Source: Deltaproteobacteria bacterium (GTDB lineage: Bacteria; Desulfobacterota; SM23-61). From it: a stretch of 32,704 nucleotides of DNA. The notes under the pieces were generated by a model that ran no database searches, was not told the DNA's origin, and saw only the letters and a list, made by a program, of their open reading frames with translations. The translations under genes and the position numbers were made by a program. The stretch lies in the NCBI GenBank assembly GCA_026388915.1, contig JAPLIW010000750.1:1-32704 (forward strand), written 5' to 3'. Shown here one piece after another: positions 1 through 8,498 of this stretch (positions are counted from its first letter, which is position 1; every line of letters begins with the position of its first letter).

Positions 1-204
1 CTTGCCCTCCAGGAAGCATCGGCAACTCTCCTGTTGGTCATTCCCGGAAGGGAGATGATGACCGGGGGGATCTTCAATTTCTACATCGGGGGCTCGGTGA
101 ACGAAGCGGCGGCCCTCGGCTTAATCCTGATCATCCTCGGCGCTTTTTGTCTGTGGCTGATCAACCGGCTGGCCGGCTCGCGCATGGGGGGGGTCTTTGG
201 GTAA
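1..204 (+). CDS. C-terminal fragment of an ABC-type transporter permease (5' end outside the window)
   Basis: Frame 1 is open from base 1 to TAA at 202-204. Translation ...LALQEASATLLLVIPGREMMTGGIFNFYIGGSVNEAAALGLILIILGAFCLWLINRLAGSRMGGVFG ends in a hydrophobic helix like the last TM segment of binding-protein-dependent permeases. It is missing from the ORF track because it has no start in the window. The family call rests on remembered resemblance only. Confidence 0.4.
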   Translation, partial: LALQEASATLLLVIPGREMMTGGIFNFYIGGSVNEAAALGLILIILGAFCLWLINRLAGSRMGGVFG

Positions 205-233
205 TGCGGAATGGCGAATGTGGAATGCGGAAC
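203..233. repeat. Tandem 7-bp repeat, about 4.4 copies (AATGCGG AATGGCG AATGTGG AATGCGG AAC)
   Basis: Read directly from the sequence, starting in the stop codon of the permease fragment. Related CGGAAT-containing words recur in other intergenic regions (about 5210, 5285 and 10905-10920). Confidence 0.8.
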
Positions 234-240
234 AGGTATT

Positions 241-273
241 GGACACGGATGAACACGGATCAACACGGATAAT
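241..273 (+). repeat. Decamer-array arm, forward orientation (GGACACGGAT GAACACGGAT CAACACGGAT AAT)
   Basis: Three head-to-tail 10-bp units ACACGGATNA. Inverted partners lie at 397-419 and 458-488. Confidence 0.85.
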
Positions 274-396
274 CAAGATTTTAAGGAGAATTTTAATCTT
301 CGTTTTTCTGCGTTGATTTTTGTTCTATACTGTCTTATGGAGCGGATAATAATTTTTGAAATTGAGGAGCAGGGAGTTTTGAAGGTTCAAAAGAAT

Positions 397-419
397 AATC
401 CGTGTTCATCCGCGTCCCA
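397..419 (-). repeat. Decamer-array arm, reverse orientation, two units (AATCCGTGTTCATCCGCGTCCCA)
   Basis: Its reverse complement, TGGGACGCGGATGAACACGGATT, matches the first two units of the 241-273 arm with one mismatch. Confidence 0.8.
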
Positions 420-457
420 TTAGGGCTTTGGACTTCACGTTTTTTGCGAATAAAAAA

Positions 458-488
458 CCTGTGTTTATCTGTGTTCATCTGTGTCCCA
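458..488 (-). repeat. Decamer-array arm, reverse orientation, three units (CCTGTGTTTATCTGTGTTCATCTGTGTCCCA)
   Basis: CAG-type variant of the same unit. It ends 5 nt before the ATG at 493 of the ArgH-like gene. The ORF-track start at 481 lies inside the repeat. Confidence 0.85.
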
Positions 489-492
489 ATCT

Positions 493-1840
493 ATGAAGAC
501 GAATAAACTTTGGGGAAAGAGGTTTGAAAAACAGCCGTCGACTCTGGCTGAAGCCTTTACTTCAGGCAGAGACGTTCGTGGGACACCCCCGGCGGATGAA
601 CGGCTGATCCCCTACGACCTATGGGGGAGCCGGGCTCATGTGGTCATTGGGAATCGAGGTGGGGGGGAAACTGCACACCGCCCGGAGCCGAAACGATCAG
701 GTAGCCCTGGACATGCGTCTGTACCTGAGGGAGTGCGCTCTCGACTTTATTTCCAGCCTTTCTTCCCTGAACCGTACACTCATTCGCCAGGCTCGAAAAC
801 ATCGGGAGGTCATCACCCCCGGATACACCCACCACCAACTTGCCCAGGTAACCACCCTGGGGCATATCTGGCTTTCTTTCGCCGAAGCCTTCTCCCGGGA
901 TGTGCGGCGATTTCAGGACTGGTACAACCGGTTTAATGAGAGCCCGCTGGGATCCATGACCGGATACGGAACCAGTTTTCCCATTGATCGCCATCTTTCC
1001 TCGAAACTCCTGGGATTTGACCGACCCTGCTCCAATTCCCTTGACCCCCTCCAGAACCGCTGGGAGGCCGAAGGAGAGCTGGGCTTTGCGGTTTCCGCCA
1101 TGATGAACCACCTGAGTTCCATGGCTCAGACCCTCATCCTTTTCAGTACCGGCGAATTCGGCCTGATCAAACTGGACGATGCCTACAGCACGGGAAGCTC
1201 CATGATGCCCCAGAAGCGCAACCCCGATCCGCTGGAGGTGATAAAGGCCAAGACTGCGGTAGCTCACGGGCTCCTGGCATCTCTCCTTTCCATCGGCAGA
1301 GCGCTCTTTTTGGGATACAACCGGGACACCCAGTGGACAAAGTACCTAGTCATGGACCTCGTGGATGAATGCCTTTCCGCCATCCCGCTCATGGGGGAAA
1401 TAGTCTCTTCGCTCAAGATAAACCGGAAAGAAATGGAGGCCCGAAGCCAAGCCGGGTTTATTACCGCCCCTGAGCTCGTGGAGCAGATGGTTCGAGAGTT
1501 TAAGATTTCCTTCCGGCAGGCCAAAGGGGCCGCGGAGAGGGCGGTCCGATACGCGGAGAAAGAGGGCGCAGAAGAAATCACCCTTCCTGTGCTGCGGCGG
1601 GCGTTGCAGGAAGAAGGATTAAAAATCAGAATGACCGGGGCCTTTTTGCATAAGGCTCAAGAAGCGCGGGTCTTCATTGCCCAAAGAGCCGCGGCCGGCG
1701 GCCCTTCGCCCCAGTCCTTGGATAAGAATATTTCCAGCCTGAAACAAACCCTCCAGGAATTCCACCGCTGGCTCAAGCAGAAAAACACGCGGCAATCCCT
1801 CGCAAGAACAAAGCTGGCCCGGATGGAACGGGCCATTTAG
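493..1840 (+). pseudogene. argH: Argininosuccinate-lyase-family (fumarate-lyase superfamily) gene, frameshifted and short at the N-terminus
   Basis: The N-terminus MKTNKLWGKRFEK...YDLWGSRAHVV is in frame 1 (ATG 493). The rest is in frame 2 (ORF 638-1840): GGKLHTARSRNDQVALD, PGYTHHQLAQ and the GSSMMPQKRNPD signature. The frame change lies at or just before a G7 run (661-667). Removing one G gives one 448-aa ORF. The product is still about 50 aa shorter than canonical ArgH between the GSxAH and GGKLHT motifs. Confidence 0.8.
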
Positions 1841-1884
1841 AGGGAAGACTTCACCCCTTCATCCATGGAAAAACCAACCCCCAC

Positions 1885-3402
1885 TTAATTCGCTTTTCCG
1901 TGCTCCGCTTTGACCTTCTCGCGGTCTACCGAACCATCCTGGGTCTTGGGAAGGACGGGGACGAAGTCCACATACTTCGGCTTTTTATAACGGGCAATCC
2001 TGGAGGCCACGAAATCGATCAATCCCTGCTGGGTCAGGGAACTGCCGGGTTTTCTCACGCAGACAGCCTTGATCGCTTCTCCCCACTCTTTGTCCCGCAC
2101 GCCGATGACCGACACAGCGGCAACTTCCGGATGCTCCAAAATTACTTTTTCCACTTCGGCGGGGTATACATTTTCTCCCCCGGGCTTGATCAATTCCTTT
2201 TCCGCCTTCCGTTTCACATACCAGAGATATCCGTTCTCATCGAGGCGTCCGATATCCCCCGTGTGGTGCCACCCTTCACGGAAGGTGTAGCGGGTGTCCG
2301 CTTCCAGCTTCCAGTACCCCAAAAAAACCAGGGGGCCCCGAACGCAAATCTCTCCCGGTGTTCCCGCCGGCACTTCGCGTTCATGATCATCGACCAGTTT
2401 GATTTTTGCCAGAGGCCCTTCTTTGCCCGCGGAACCCGGTCTTTCGGTGTAGGCGCAAACCGTGACCATGCCGGTGGTTTCCGATTGCCCAAAGCCAATC
2501 CAGAATTCAACGTTGGCTTTTTTCTTGAATTTTTCAATGTTCGAAGGGTGATCGATTCCGCCCACGTGTTTCAAAGAGGAAACGTCGGAATTCTTGCTCT
2601 CCAATTTTTCCAGGAGCATTCCCAGCATGGGTGGGAATTCGCCGAGGCAAGTGATTTTTTCTTTTTCGATCGACTGCAGGGCAAGTTCAGGATCAAATTT
2701 GGTCATGAGGACATTCTTTCCCCCGGCGTGCATGACCGCGAAGGAGAGAGCCAGGTCGGCAATGTGAAAGAGGGGCAGCATATGAAGGTAGCTGTCATCT
2801 TCCCGCAAACCCATGGTGACCATGTGCTGCAGGTTTCCGGCAATGATGTTCCCGTGGGAAAGCGTGGCCCCCCTCGGTTTTCCGGCCACCGCCGCGGTGT
2901 GGATGATCAAATAGGGATCGCTCGCCAGAATATCTACTTCCTTAGCTTTTCCCCCTTCTTTCATCAAAGGGTTGAAGGCTTCATAATCAGCTTCCGCCGA
3001 TCCAAGGGCATAAAATTTTTTTATGAATCCCAGCTTGGGCATTAAATCCCGGATTGTGGTTTTATAATCCGGCCCCACAAAAAGAAAGCGGGGCTGCCCG
3101 TCGGTGAGGATGTATTCCACCTCCGGCGCGGAGAGGCGCCAGTTGATGGGGAGCATAATGGCCCCCAACCTGGCGGCGGCTCCGTAAAGGAGGACGAATT
3201 CATAACAATTCTGGGATAATATTCCTATCCGGTCTCCTTTATTAAGGCCGGCCTTCTCCAAAGAATATGATAATTTATTGATGTCATTGAAAAAATCAAG
3301 GAAGGTAATTCGGCGTTGGTCAGTGATCCAAGCTTCCCGGCGGGCAAAGATGCGAGCATTGCGGGCGATCAGGTCGTAGACGGTGAAATCTTGAAGCCCC
3401 AT
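1885..3402 (-). CDS. AMP-dependent synthetase/ligase (acyl-CoA synthetase family)
   Basis: 505-aa ORF with a typical adenylate-forming C-terminal half (TGDIGRLDENGYLWYVKRK, PGGENVYPAEVE, KKPKYVDFV). The P-loop is degenerate (IIHTAAVAGKPRGA). The substrate cannot be inferred. Confidence 0.85.
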   Translation of the reverse strand: MGLQDFTVYDLIARNARIFARREAWITDQRRITFLDFFNDINKLSYSLEKAGLNKGDRIGILSQNCYEFVLLYGAAARLGAIMLPINWRLSAPEVEYILTDGQPRFLFVGPDYKTTIRDLMPKLGFIKKFYALGSAEADYEAFNPLMKEGGKAKEVDILASDPYLIIHTAAVAGKPRGATLSHGNIIAGNLQHMVTMGLREDDSYLHMLPLFHIADLALSFAVMHAGGKNVLMTKFDPELALQSIEKEKITCLGEFPPMLGMLLEKLESKNSDVSSLKHVGGIDHPSNIEKFKKKANVEFWIGFGQSETTGMVTVCAYTERPGSAGKEGPLAKIKLVDDHEREVPAGTPGEICVRGPLVFLGYWKLEADTRYTFREGWHHTGDIGRLDENGYLWYVKRKAEKELIKPGGENVYPAEVEKVILEHPEVAAVSVIGVRDKEWGEAIKAVCVRKPGSSLTQQGLIDFVASRIARYKKPKYVDFVPVLPKTQDGSVDREKVKAEHGKAN

Positions 3403-3448
3403 AGTCCCCCCCTATTCTTGCGATTTGATTCCGTCCCTGAGGAAGATC

Positions 3449-4849
3449 CTATTTTCCGCTATTTCTAATGAATTCCCATTCTTTAACCACCCCGTTTTCG
3501 AAATAGACATAAGATTTGGGAAAGGGAGGCTCTCCGTATACCCACTGCTCGTGAACACCGACCAGCGTACGGGTGGTATTCACATGATCGGGCCGCCCCC
3601 AGGAAAGAACCACCTGCTCACGGGTAAAACCCTGACGGATATATCCTTTCAGGATATCTTCCTGGGTAGGCAGGGGCCACATGGTCTTGGACAGGTCTTT
3701 CAGAAGAGTCCTCATCTCATCTTTGTTTTTTGTGCTCCGGCGGATTCCATCTGCTTCTTCCACCCATCCAAAAATCTCCTCCCGGATGGTGGTATTCATC
3801 CCGTAGGTTACTTCATAAAAGGTAAGCTTCAGGGGGGTGACAGATGCCTTCCCAGTGAACTGAACATCTTCCGGCTTAATCTTTAAAGGCTTGACATTAT
3901 TAATATTTCCGATATCTCCCGGATAAACCCAAGCCAGTAATTTGTTTCTTACCCAAAAGGGTTTTTCCTCCGGGGACCAGCCGACCTTTTTCCCCCTCTC
4001 CGATATCACCCGCTCGCCTACAAAAACCTGGAACCATCTGTTTCCGGATTCATTGTTTTTTGCATTGATGACGTCGAAAATGTCATATTTGATAGCCCGG
4101 GCGATGGCCTTGGAGTTTTCTCGGGGCTCTTCTGAAATCCGGGCCTCTTTCATGACCATAAAAACGCCGCTTTCCGTAACCTTGGGTAGCAGAGTGGGAG
4201 GAGGAGGAAGGGGTGATGAGTCTTCTTTTTGCCCTGTTTTATAGTATCGTATTTTTCGCTCTTCTTCGGAAAATTTACGCTGCTCTTCGGCAATTCTTCT
4301 CTGGCGCTCCTCCTCGACTCGTCTCTTTTCCTGCTCAATCCGACGTTGTTTTTCCGCCTCCAGCCTTTTCTTTTCGGCAATCTCCGCCAGGATCAGGTCT
4401 TTTTGAGACCGGGCGCTCCTTAATTCTCTCTCCAGCTGCATCCTTTCCCGAACCAGGCGGCTCTTGTATTCTTCTACCCGGGAATGTTCCTCCCATACCT
4501 TTCTTTCAATACATGCCCAGATGCGCCTGCGATCATCGCCCGACAGTTTCTTTTCCACCGGAGTATCGAGAATCGTTTGAATGCTTACCAGGACAGGATT
4601 CTTCTGCGGTTCTTCCACAAAATTCAAAACTCTGTTTTCACAGAGGTAGATAAGCCGGAAAGAGTATCCTTCGTCAAGAAGGAGAGAGTAATCGCTCTTT
4701 CCCTCCCGGGCAAAGACTTCCTGAATAACCGCGGGGGGCTCAACCAAGTCTCTGACCAGAATGCTGCTTTTGGGTTGCGATGCGCAGGAGATCGAGAAAA
4801 GAAAAAAAGACAGCAGCGAGAGGAGATAAAACCCATCCCGCAAGCTCAT
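3449..4849 (-). CDS. Predicted lipoprotein with an E/R/K-rich helical linker, an SH3b-like middle region and a BamE/SmpA-OmlA-like C-terminus
   Basis: The ORF is open to 5008. Met54 (ATG complement at 4847-4849) begins MSLRDGFYLLSLLSFFLFSISCAS, a signal peptide with a lipobox-like SISC. Charged run EKKRLEAEKQRRIEQEKRRVEEERQRRIAEEQRKFSEEERK, then SSPLPPPP. The C-terminus GFTREQVVLSWGRPDHV...EQWVYGEP...YVYFENGVVKEWEF resembles BamE-like folds. The start is uncertain (4849, 4894 or 5008). Confidence 0.7.
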   Translation of the reverse strand: MSLRDGFYLLSLLSFFLFSISCASQPKSSILVRDLVEPPAVIQEVFAREGKSDYSLLLDEGYSFRLIYLCENRVLNFVEEPQKNPVLVSIQTILDTPVEKKLSGDDRRRIWACIERKVWEEHSRVEEYKSRLVRERMQLERELRSARSQKDLILAEIAEKKRLEAEKQRRIEQEKRRVEEERQRRIAEEQRKFSEEERKIRYYKTGQKEDSSPLPPPPTLLPKVTESGVFMVMKEARISEEPRENSKAIARAIKYDIFDVINAKNNESGNRWFQVFVGERVISERGKKVGWSPEEKPFWVRNKLLAWVYPGDIGNINNVKPLKIKPEDVQFTGKASVTPLKLTFYEVTYGMNTTIREEIFGWVEEADGIRRSTKNKDEMRTLLKDLSKTMWPLPTQEDILKGYIRQGFTREQVVLSWGRPDHVNTTRTLVGVHEQWVYGEPPFPKSYVYFENGVVKEWEFIRNSGK

Positions 4850-5103
4850 CGATTGGGGGCCTTTAATGCCTTCTTTTGGGGTTTCCCTACCCATGGCTTG
4901 GGGCGATGAGTAATACGTTTGCCCAACTTTTGATTTAGAAATCGAATCCCTTTTTTCATCGAAGGAAATGGAAATGGAGGACACTCTCCCCCTGTATACC
5001 AAATCCATGGAGAAAAGTCAATCATTCCCCGTCTCTTGCCCCCCCTCACTTTTCGCCAAGTAGGCAGAAAATGGATTGAATTTCAGGCGGTGCCCGGCCC
5101 GGA

Positions 5104-5125
5104 AATCCCGCCTCTGGCGGGATTG
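5104..5125. other. Perfect 9-bp-stem hairpin AATCCCGCC-tctg-GGCGGGATT in the divergent intergenic region
   Basis: Read directly from the sequence. Function unknown. Confidence 0.6.
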
Positions 5126-5222
5126 TGCGGGAAAAGCATCGGCGGGAAAATAATTCTAGCCGGAGATCCCCCCGTGCTTCCGCAGAATGGCAGGCCCATC
5201 GGACAATGCAAATTCGGAATGC

Positions 5223-5248
5223 GCCCTGAACCATGTAAGGTTCAGGGC
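5223..5248. other. Perfect 10-bp-stem hairpin GCCCTGAACC-atgtaa-GGTTCAGGGC
   Basis: Read directly from the sequence. A second hairpin follows immediately: CCCTGC (5253-5258) with GCAGGG (5273-5278). Function unknown. Confidence 0.6.
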
Positions 5249-5605
5249 CATGCCCTGCACTGATTATATAGGGCAGGGGGGATTTCGGAATTAATTCTTT
5301 TCCAATCCTCAATCACGCCTTCCGCCTCTACCGATGAAAGCAATACCGCCTTATCATGCCAAGAAGCGCAGCCTTGCACCCAGGTCAGAAAATTAATCTA
5401 AGTTTATGATTTTTGTATGAATTTTGAAAAACAAAATGAAAAAACACCCGTTTTTGGAAAAAGCCTCTTGCTCCAAGGAAGATACAAGAACAATAAGCGG
5501 GCTCGAAGGAAGGGCCTTTCGGAACGACTGGAAAACAGAACCCGTAATTCATTCAATTTGTTAGAAAACGGGATCGGATCTAGGTTTATATACAAAAAAG
5601 AATGG

Positions 5606-5634
5606 TTGACAAAATTTAATCCCGGTGATATTAA
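5606..5634 (+). promoter_or_regulatory. Sigma70-like promoter candidate for mnmG (TTGACA, 17 nt, TATTAA)
   Basis: TTGACA at 5606-5611, a 17-nt spacer, then TATTAA at 5629-5634, in an AT-rich stretch about 90 nt upstream of the mnmG start. Motif match only. Confidence 0.4.
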
Positions 5635-5677
5635 AAAGTATATTATTTTTGGCATGTTAGATAGAATTTATACCCTA

Positions 5678-5693
5678 TGTTCCACGTGAAACA
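5678..5693. promoter_or_regulatory. parS: parS centromere site TGTTCCACGTGAAACA
   Basis: Exact 16/16 match to the widely conserved parS consensus TGTTNCACGTGAAACA. It lies 32 nt upstream of mnmG, and parAB is 3 kb away. Confidence 0.85.
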
Positions 5694-5724
5694 TCTTTGC
5701 CCTTATACTTTTTAGGGAGAATTC

Positions 5725-7617
5725 TTGGACACTTATCCTACCCAATATGGGGTCATCATAATCGGAGCCGGCCATGCCGGGTGCGAAGCAGCGCTGGCCT
5801 GTTCCCGGATGGGCCATTCCACCCTGCTCCTTACCATCAGCCTGGAGGCGGTGGCCCGGATGTCCTGCAACCCGGCTGTCGGGGGATTGGCCAAAGGACA
5901 ACTGGTGAAGGAGATCGATGCTCTGGGTGGGGAGATGGGAAAAAATACGGATGAGACCGGAATCCAGTTCCGCCGGTTGAATACCAAAAAAGGGCCGGCA
6001 GTCCGGTCTTCCAGAGCCCAATCGGACATGCATCTTTATCACCTGCGAATGAAGAGGGTGCTGGAGCGCCAGAAGAATCTTTTCCTGCGGCAGGCCCTGG
6101 TGGATGATCTCTTTATTCACGACGGAAGGGTGGAAGGAGTCGTTACCAACGTGGGAGAGAGGTTTCTGTCCAAAGCGGTAGTCATAACCACCGGGACCTT
6201 TCTCCGCGGGCTCGTCCATATCGGCTTGAAGAATTTCCCCGCAGGAAGAATGGGGGACCTCCCTTCCATCAAATTGTCCGAAGGTCTCATGAAACTGGGG
6301 TTCACTCTGGGACGCCTCAAAACCGGCACCTGCCCCCGGCTGGATGGAAGGAGCATAGACTTTTCCGGGCTTCAGGAACAGCAGGGTGATCATCCACCCA
6401 GGCCTTTCTCCTTCAGCAACCAGACGGTTCCTCTGCGGCAGGTCCCCTGCCACATTACTTATACCAACTCCCGAACGCATGAAATCATCCGCTCCGGTCT
6501 GGACCGCTCCCCCCTCTATTCCGGGGTGATTAAGGGGACTGGAGCCAGATACTGCCCTTCCATCGAAGATAAAACCGTCCGCTTCGCGGAGAAGGATCAA
6601 CACCAGATTTTTCTGGAACCCATGGGATTGGATACCCTGGAGGTCTATCCCAACGGGCTGGCCACCAGCCTTCCCATGGACATTCAGGTGCGAATGCTCC
6701 GTTCCATCCCCGGCCTGGAGAGGGCTGAGGTTGTCCGCCCCGGGTATGCCATCGAATATGACTATGCCGATCCGGTCCAACTGAAGCCTTCGCTGGAAAC
6801 CAAACTCGTGGAGAATCTCTTCTTCGCCGGACAGATCAATGGCACCTCCGGATACGAAGAAGCGGCCGCTCAGGGGCTGATGGCCGGCATCAACGCGGTC
6901 CTGAAAATCCGGGGGGAAGACCCTTTTATCCTGAGAAGGGATGAGGCTTATGTCGGGGTGCTCATCGATGACCTGGTAACCAAGGGGACGAAAGAACCCT
7001 ACCGGATGTTTACCTCCCGCGCGGAATATCGTTTGTTATTGCGGGAAGACAATGCCGATCTGCGATTAAGAGAGAAGGGCAGGTCTCTGGGACTGGTAAA
7101 TGACCAAGATTATCATGGATTTATCAAAAAAAAGGGCAGCATACAAGCAGAGCTGGAGAGGCTGGGGAAAATCATCCTATACCCGACTCCCGGGGAGCAT
7201 GACCGGATGAAAGCCATGGTGACCGCCCCGATTAAGAACCCTATGGCTTTGACGGAGCTTCTCCGCCGCCCGGAAATCTCCTTCAGGGATTTGGCAAAGT
7301 TTGATCCGGAATGCGCCTGCACGGCGGAAGAAGTATCCGAGCAGGTGGAGATTCAGGTTAAATACGCGGGTTATATCCAGAGGCAGGAAGAGCAGGTGGC
7401 ACGGCTCAAAAAGCTGGAAGAAATGAGGCTTCCACCAAGGATGGACTATTACTCTATCCCGGGCCTTTCGACCGAAGTGAGAGAAAAATTGAACAGGGTC
7501 AGGTCGCTATCCATCGGACAGGCTTCACGAATATCCGGTATTACGCCCGCCGCCCTCTCAATTCTGATGGTCTATTTAAAGAAGGAGTCGGAAATGAAGG
7601 AAGGAGCCCAGACGTAG
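5725..7617 (+). CDS. mnmG: tRNA uridine 5-carboxymethylaminomethyl modification enzyme MnmG (GidA)
   Basis: 630 aa, TTG start after AGGGAGA. N-terminal FAD fold [18 protein letters not shown], and full-length resemblance to GidA (...[23 protein letters not shown]...). Confidence 0.95.
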   Translation: MDTYPTQYGVIIIGAGHAGCEAALACSRMGHSTLLLTISLEAVARMSCNPAVGGLAKGQLVKEIDALGGEMGKNTDETGIQFRRLNTKKGPAVRSSRAQSDMHLYHLRMKRVLERQKNLFLRQALVDDLFIHDGRVEGVVTNVGERFLSKAVVITTGTFLRGLVHIGLKNFPAGRMGDLPSIKLSEGLMKLGFTLGRLKTGTCPRLDGRSIDFSGLQEQQGDHPPRPFSFSNQTVPLRQVPCHITYTNSRTHEIIRSGLDRSPLYSGVIKGTGARYCPSIEDKTVRFAEKDQHQIFLEPMGLDTLEVYPNGLATSLPMDIQVRMLRSIPGLERAEVVRPGYAIEYDYADPVQLKPSLETKLVENLFFAGQINGTSGYEEAAAQGLMAGINAVLKIRGEDPFILRRDEAYVGVLIDDLVTKGTKEPYRMFTSRAEYRLLLREDNADLRLREKGRSLGLVNDQDYHGFIKKKGSIQAELERLGKIILYPTPGEHDRMKAMVTAPIKNPMALTELLRRPEISFRDLAKFDPECACTAEEVSEQVEIQVKYAGYIQRQEEQVARLKKLEEMRLPPRMDYYSIPGLSTEVREKLNRVRSLSIGQASRISGITPAALSILMVYLKKESEMKEGAQT

Positions 7618-7835
7618 AAATCGTTTCTTTTTTTAATAGTTGCCTTACGTAAGTCCCTGGCTCTGCCGGGCACAGAGTTTCACATTTCGGGCAGGCTTGA
7701 GTCGTGGCCGGGGCGCAAGGGCCTTGTGCTCAAAAAGCCTCAGGTGGCTCCTCGACTGAATCCGCTTTGAACGGTTCACGTTTTCAAGGCCCCGGCTCTG
7801 CCAGAGGCCATGACTTGATTTCAAAGGGCTAAATC

Positions 7836-8492
7836 ATGACGGCCAAGGAACCATGGAACCTCCTACTCGAAGGGGCTGCCATCCTGGGAATCTCATTGAC
7901 CCATGACCAAATGAAGGCCTTCGAACTCTACCTGAAGGAATTGAATCTGTGGCGGAAAAAAATCAACTTGGCCAGCCGGAAAGATGACCGGGAGGTCATC
8001 CTTAAAGATTTTTTGGATTCCTTGACTCTGCTAAAATACCTTCCCCAGGAGAAATCCGTCCTGGATTTGGGATCCGGGGCCGGGTTTCCGGGGATTCCTT
8101 TGAGAATTGTACGCCCCGATCTAAAAATTGTATTGCTGGAAGCGACCCGGAAAAAAGTTTTTTTTCTGAAGGAGGTTTTGAGAATTTCAAAATTAAGCGG
8201 AGTCGAAGTTCGCTGGAGCGGGGAAGATGGAGGGATTGAGGGTTTATCCGCGACCTTTGATTTTGTCATATCCCGGGCTTTCGGCTCCCTCTTGGCCTTC
8301 GCCTCCGAGGGCGTCGATTTTCTAAAAAAAGGGGGAATCCTGTTGGCCATGAAAGGGAAGAAAGGGCGGGAGGAGTTGGAGGAGAGCCTCGCTTCCCTGA
8401 AGGATATGAGCCTGGAACCGAATTTTCTTGAGGCGATCCAGCTTCCTTACCTGGGCCATGAACGAAACCTCATAGGCTTGAAGAAGAAATAA
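7836..8492 (+). CDS. rsmG: 16S rRNA (guanine527-N7)-methyltransferase RsmG (GidB)
   Basis: 218 aa with SAM motif VLDLGSGAGFPGIPL, in the conserved position downstream of mnmG. Confidence 0.9.
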   Translation: MTAKEPWNLLLEGAAILGISLTHDQMKAFELYLKELNLWRKKINLASRKDDREVILKDFLDSLTLLKYLPQEKSVLDLGSGAGFPGIPLRIVRPDLKIVLLEATRKKVFFLKEVLRISKLSGVEVRWSGEDGGIEGLSATFDFVISRAFGSLLAFASEGVDFLKKGGILLAMKGKKGREELEESLASLKDMSLEPNFLEAIQLPYLGHERNLIGLKKK

Positions 8493-8498
8493 GTTGAT

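Noticed and set aside
481-492. ORF-track N-terminal extensions MSQS... (481), [14 protein letters not shown]... (22932) and [10 protein letters not shown]... (25104).
   Set aside because: These codons are the decamer repeat arms being translated. Conserved N-termini begin at the internal ATGs at 493, 22974 and 25134.
5404-5689. Small ORFs in the mnmG upstream region (5404-5655 minus strand, 5417-5689 plus strand, and also 5036-5263 and 5046-5312).
   Set aside because: They overlap each other on both strands in AT-rich or hairpin-rich non-coding sequence. They have no RBS and their composition is not protein-like.
5010-5724. Possible oriC upstream of mnmG. By analogy, E. coli oriC lies next to gidA. 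The region has an AT-rich stretch at about 5400-5670 and a parS site.
   Set aside because: I found no TTATCCACA/TGTGGATAA-type DnaA boxes, even allowing one mismatch. There is no dnaA or dnaN in the window. The AT-rich part is adequately explained by the mnmG promoter region. A proper DnaA-box and GC-skew scan of the whole genome is needed.
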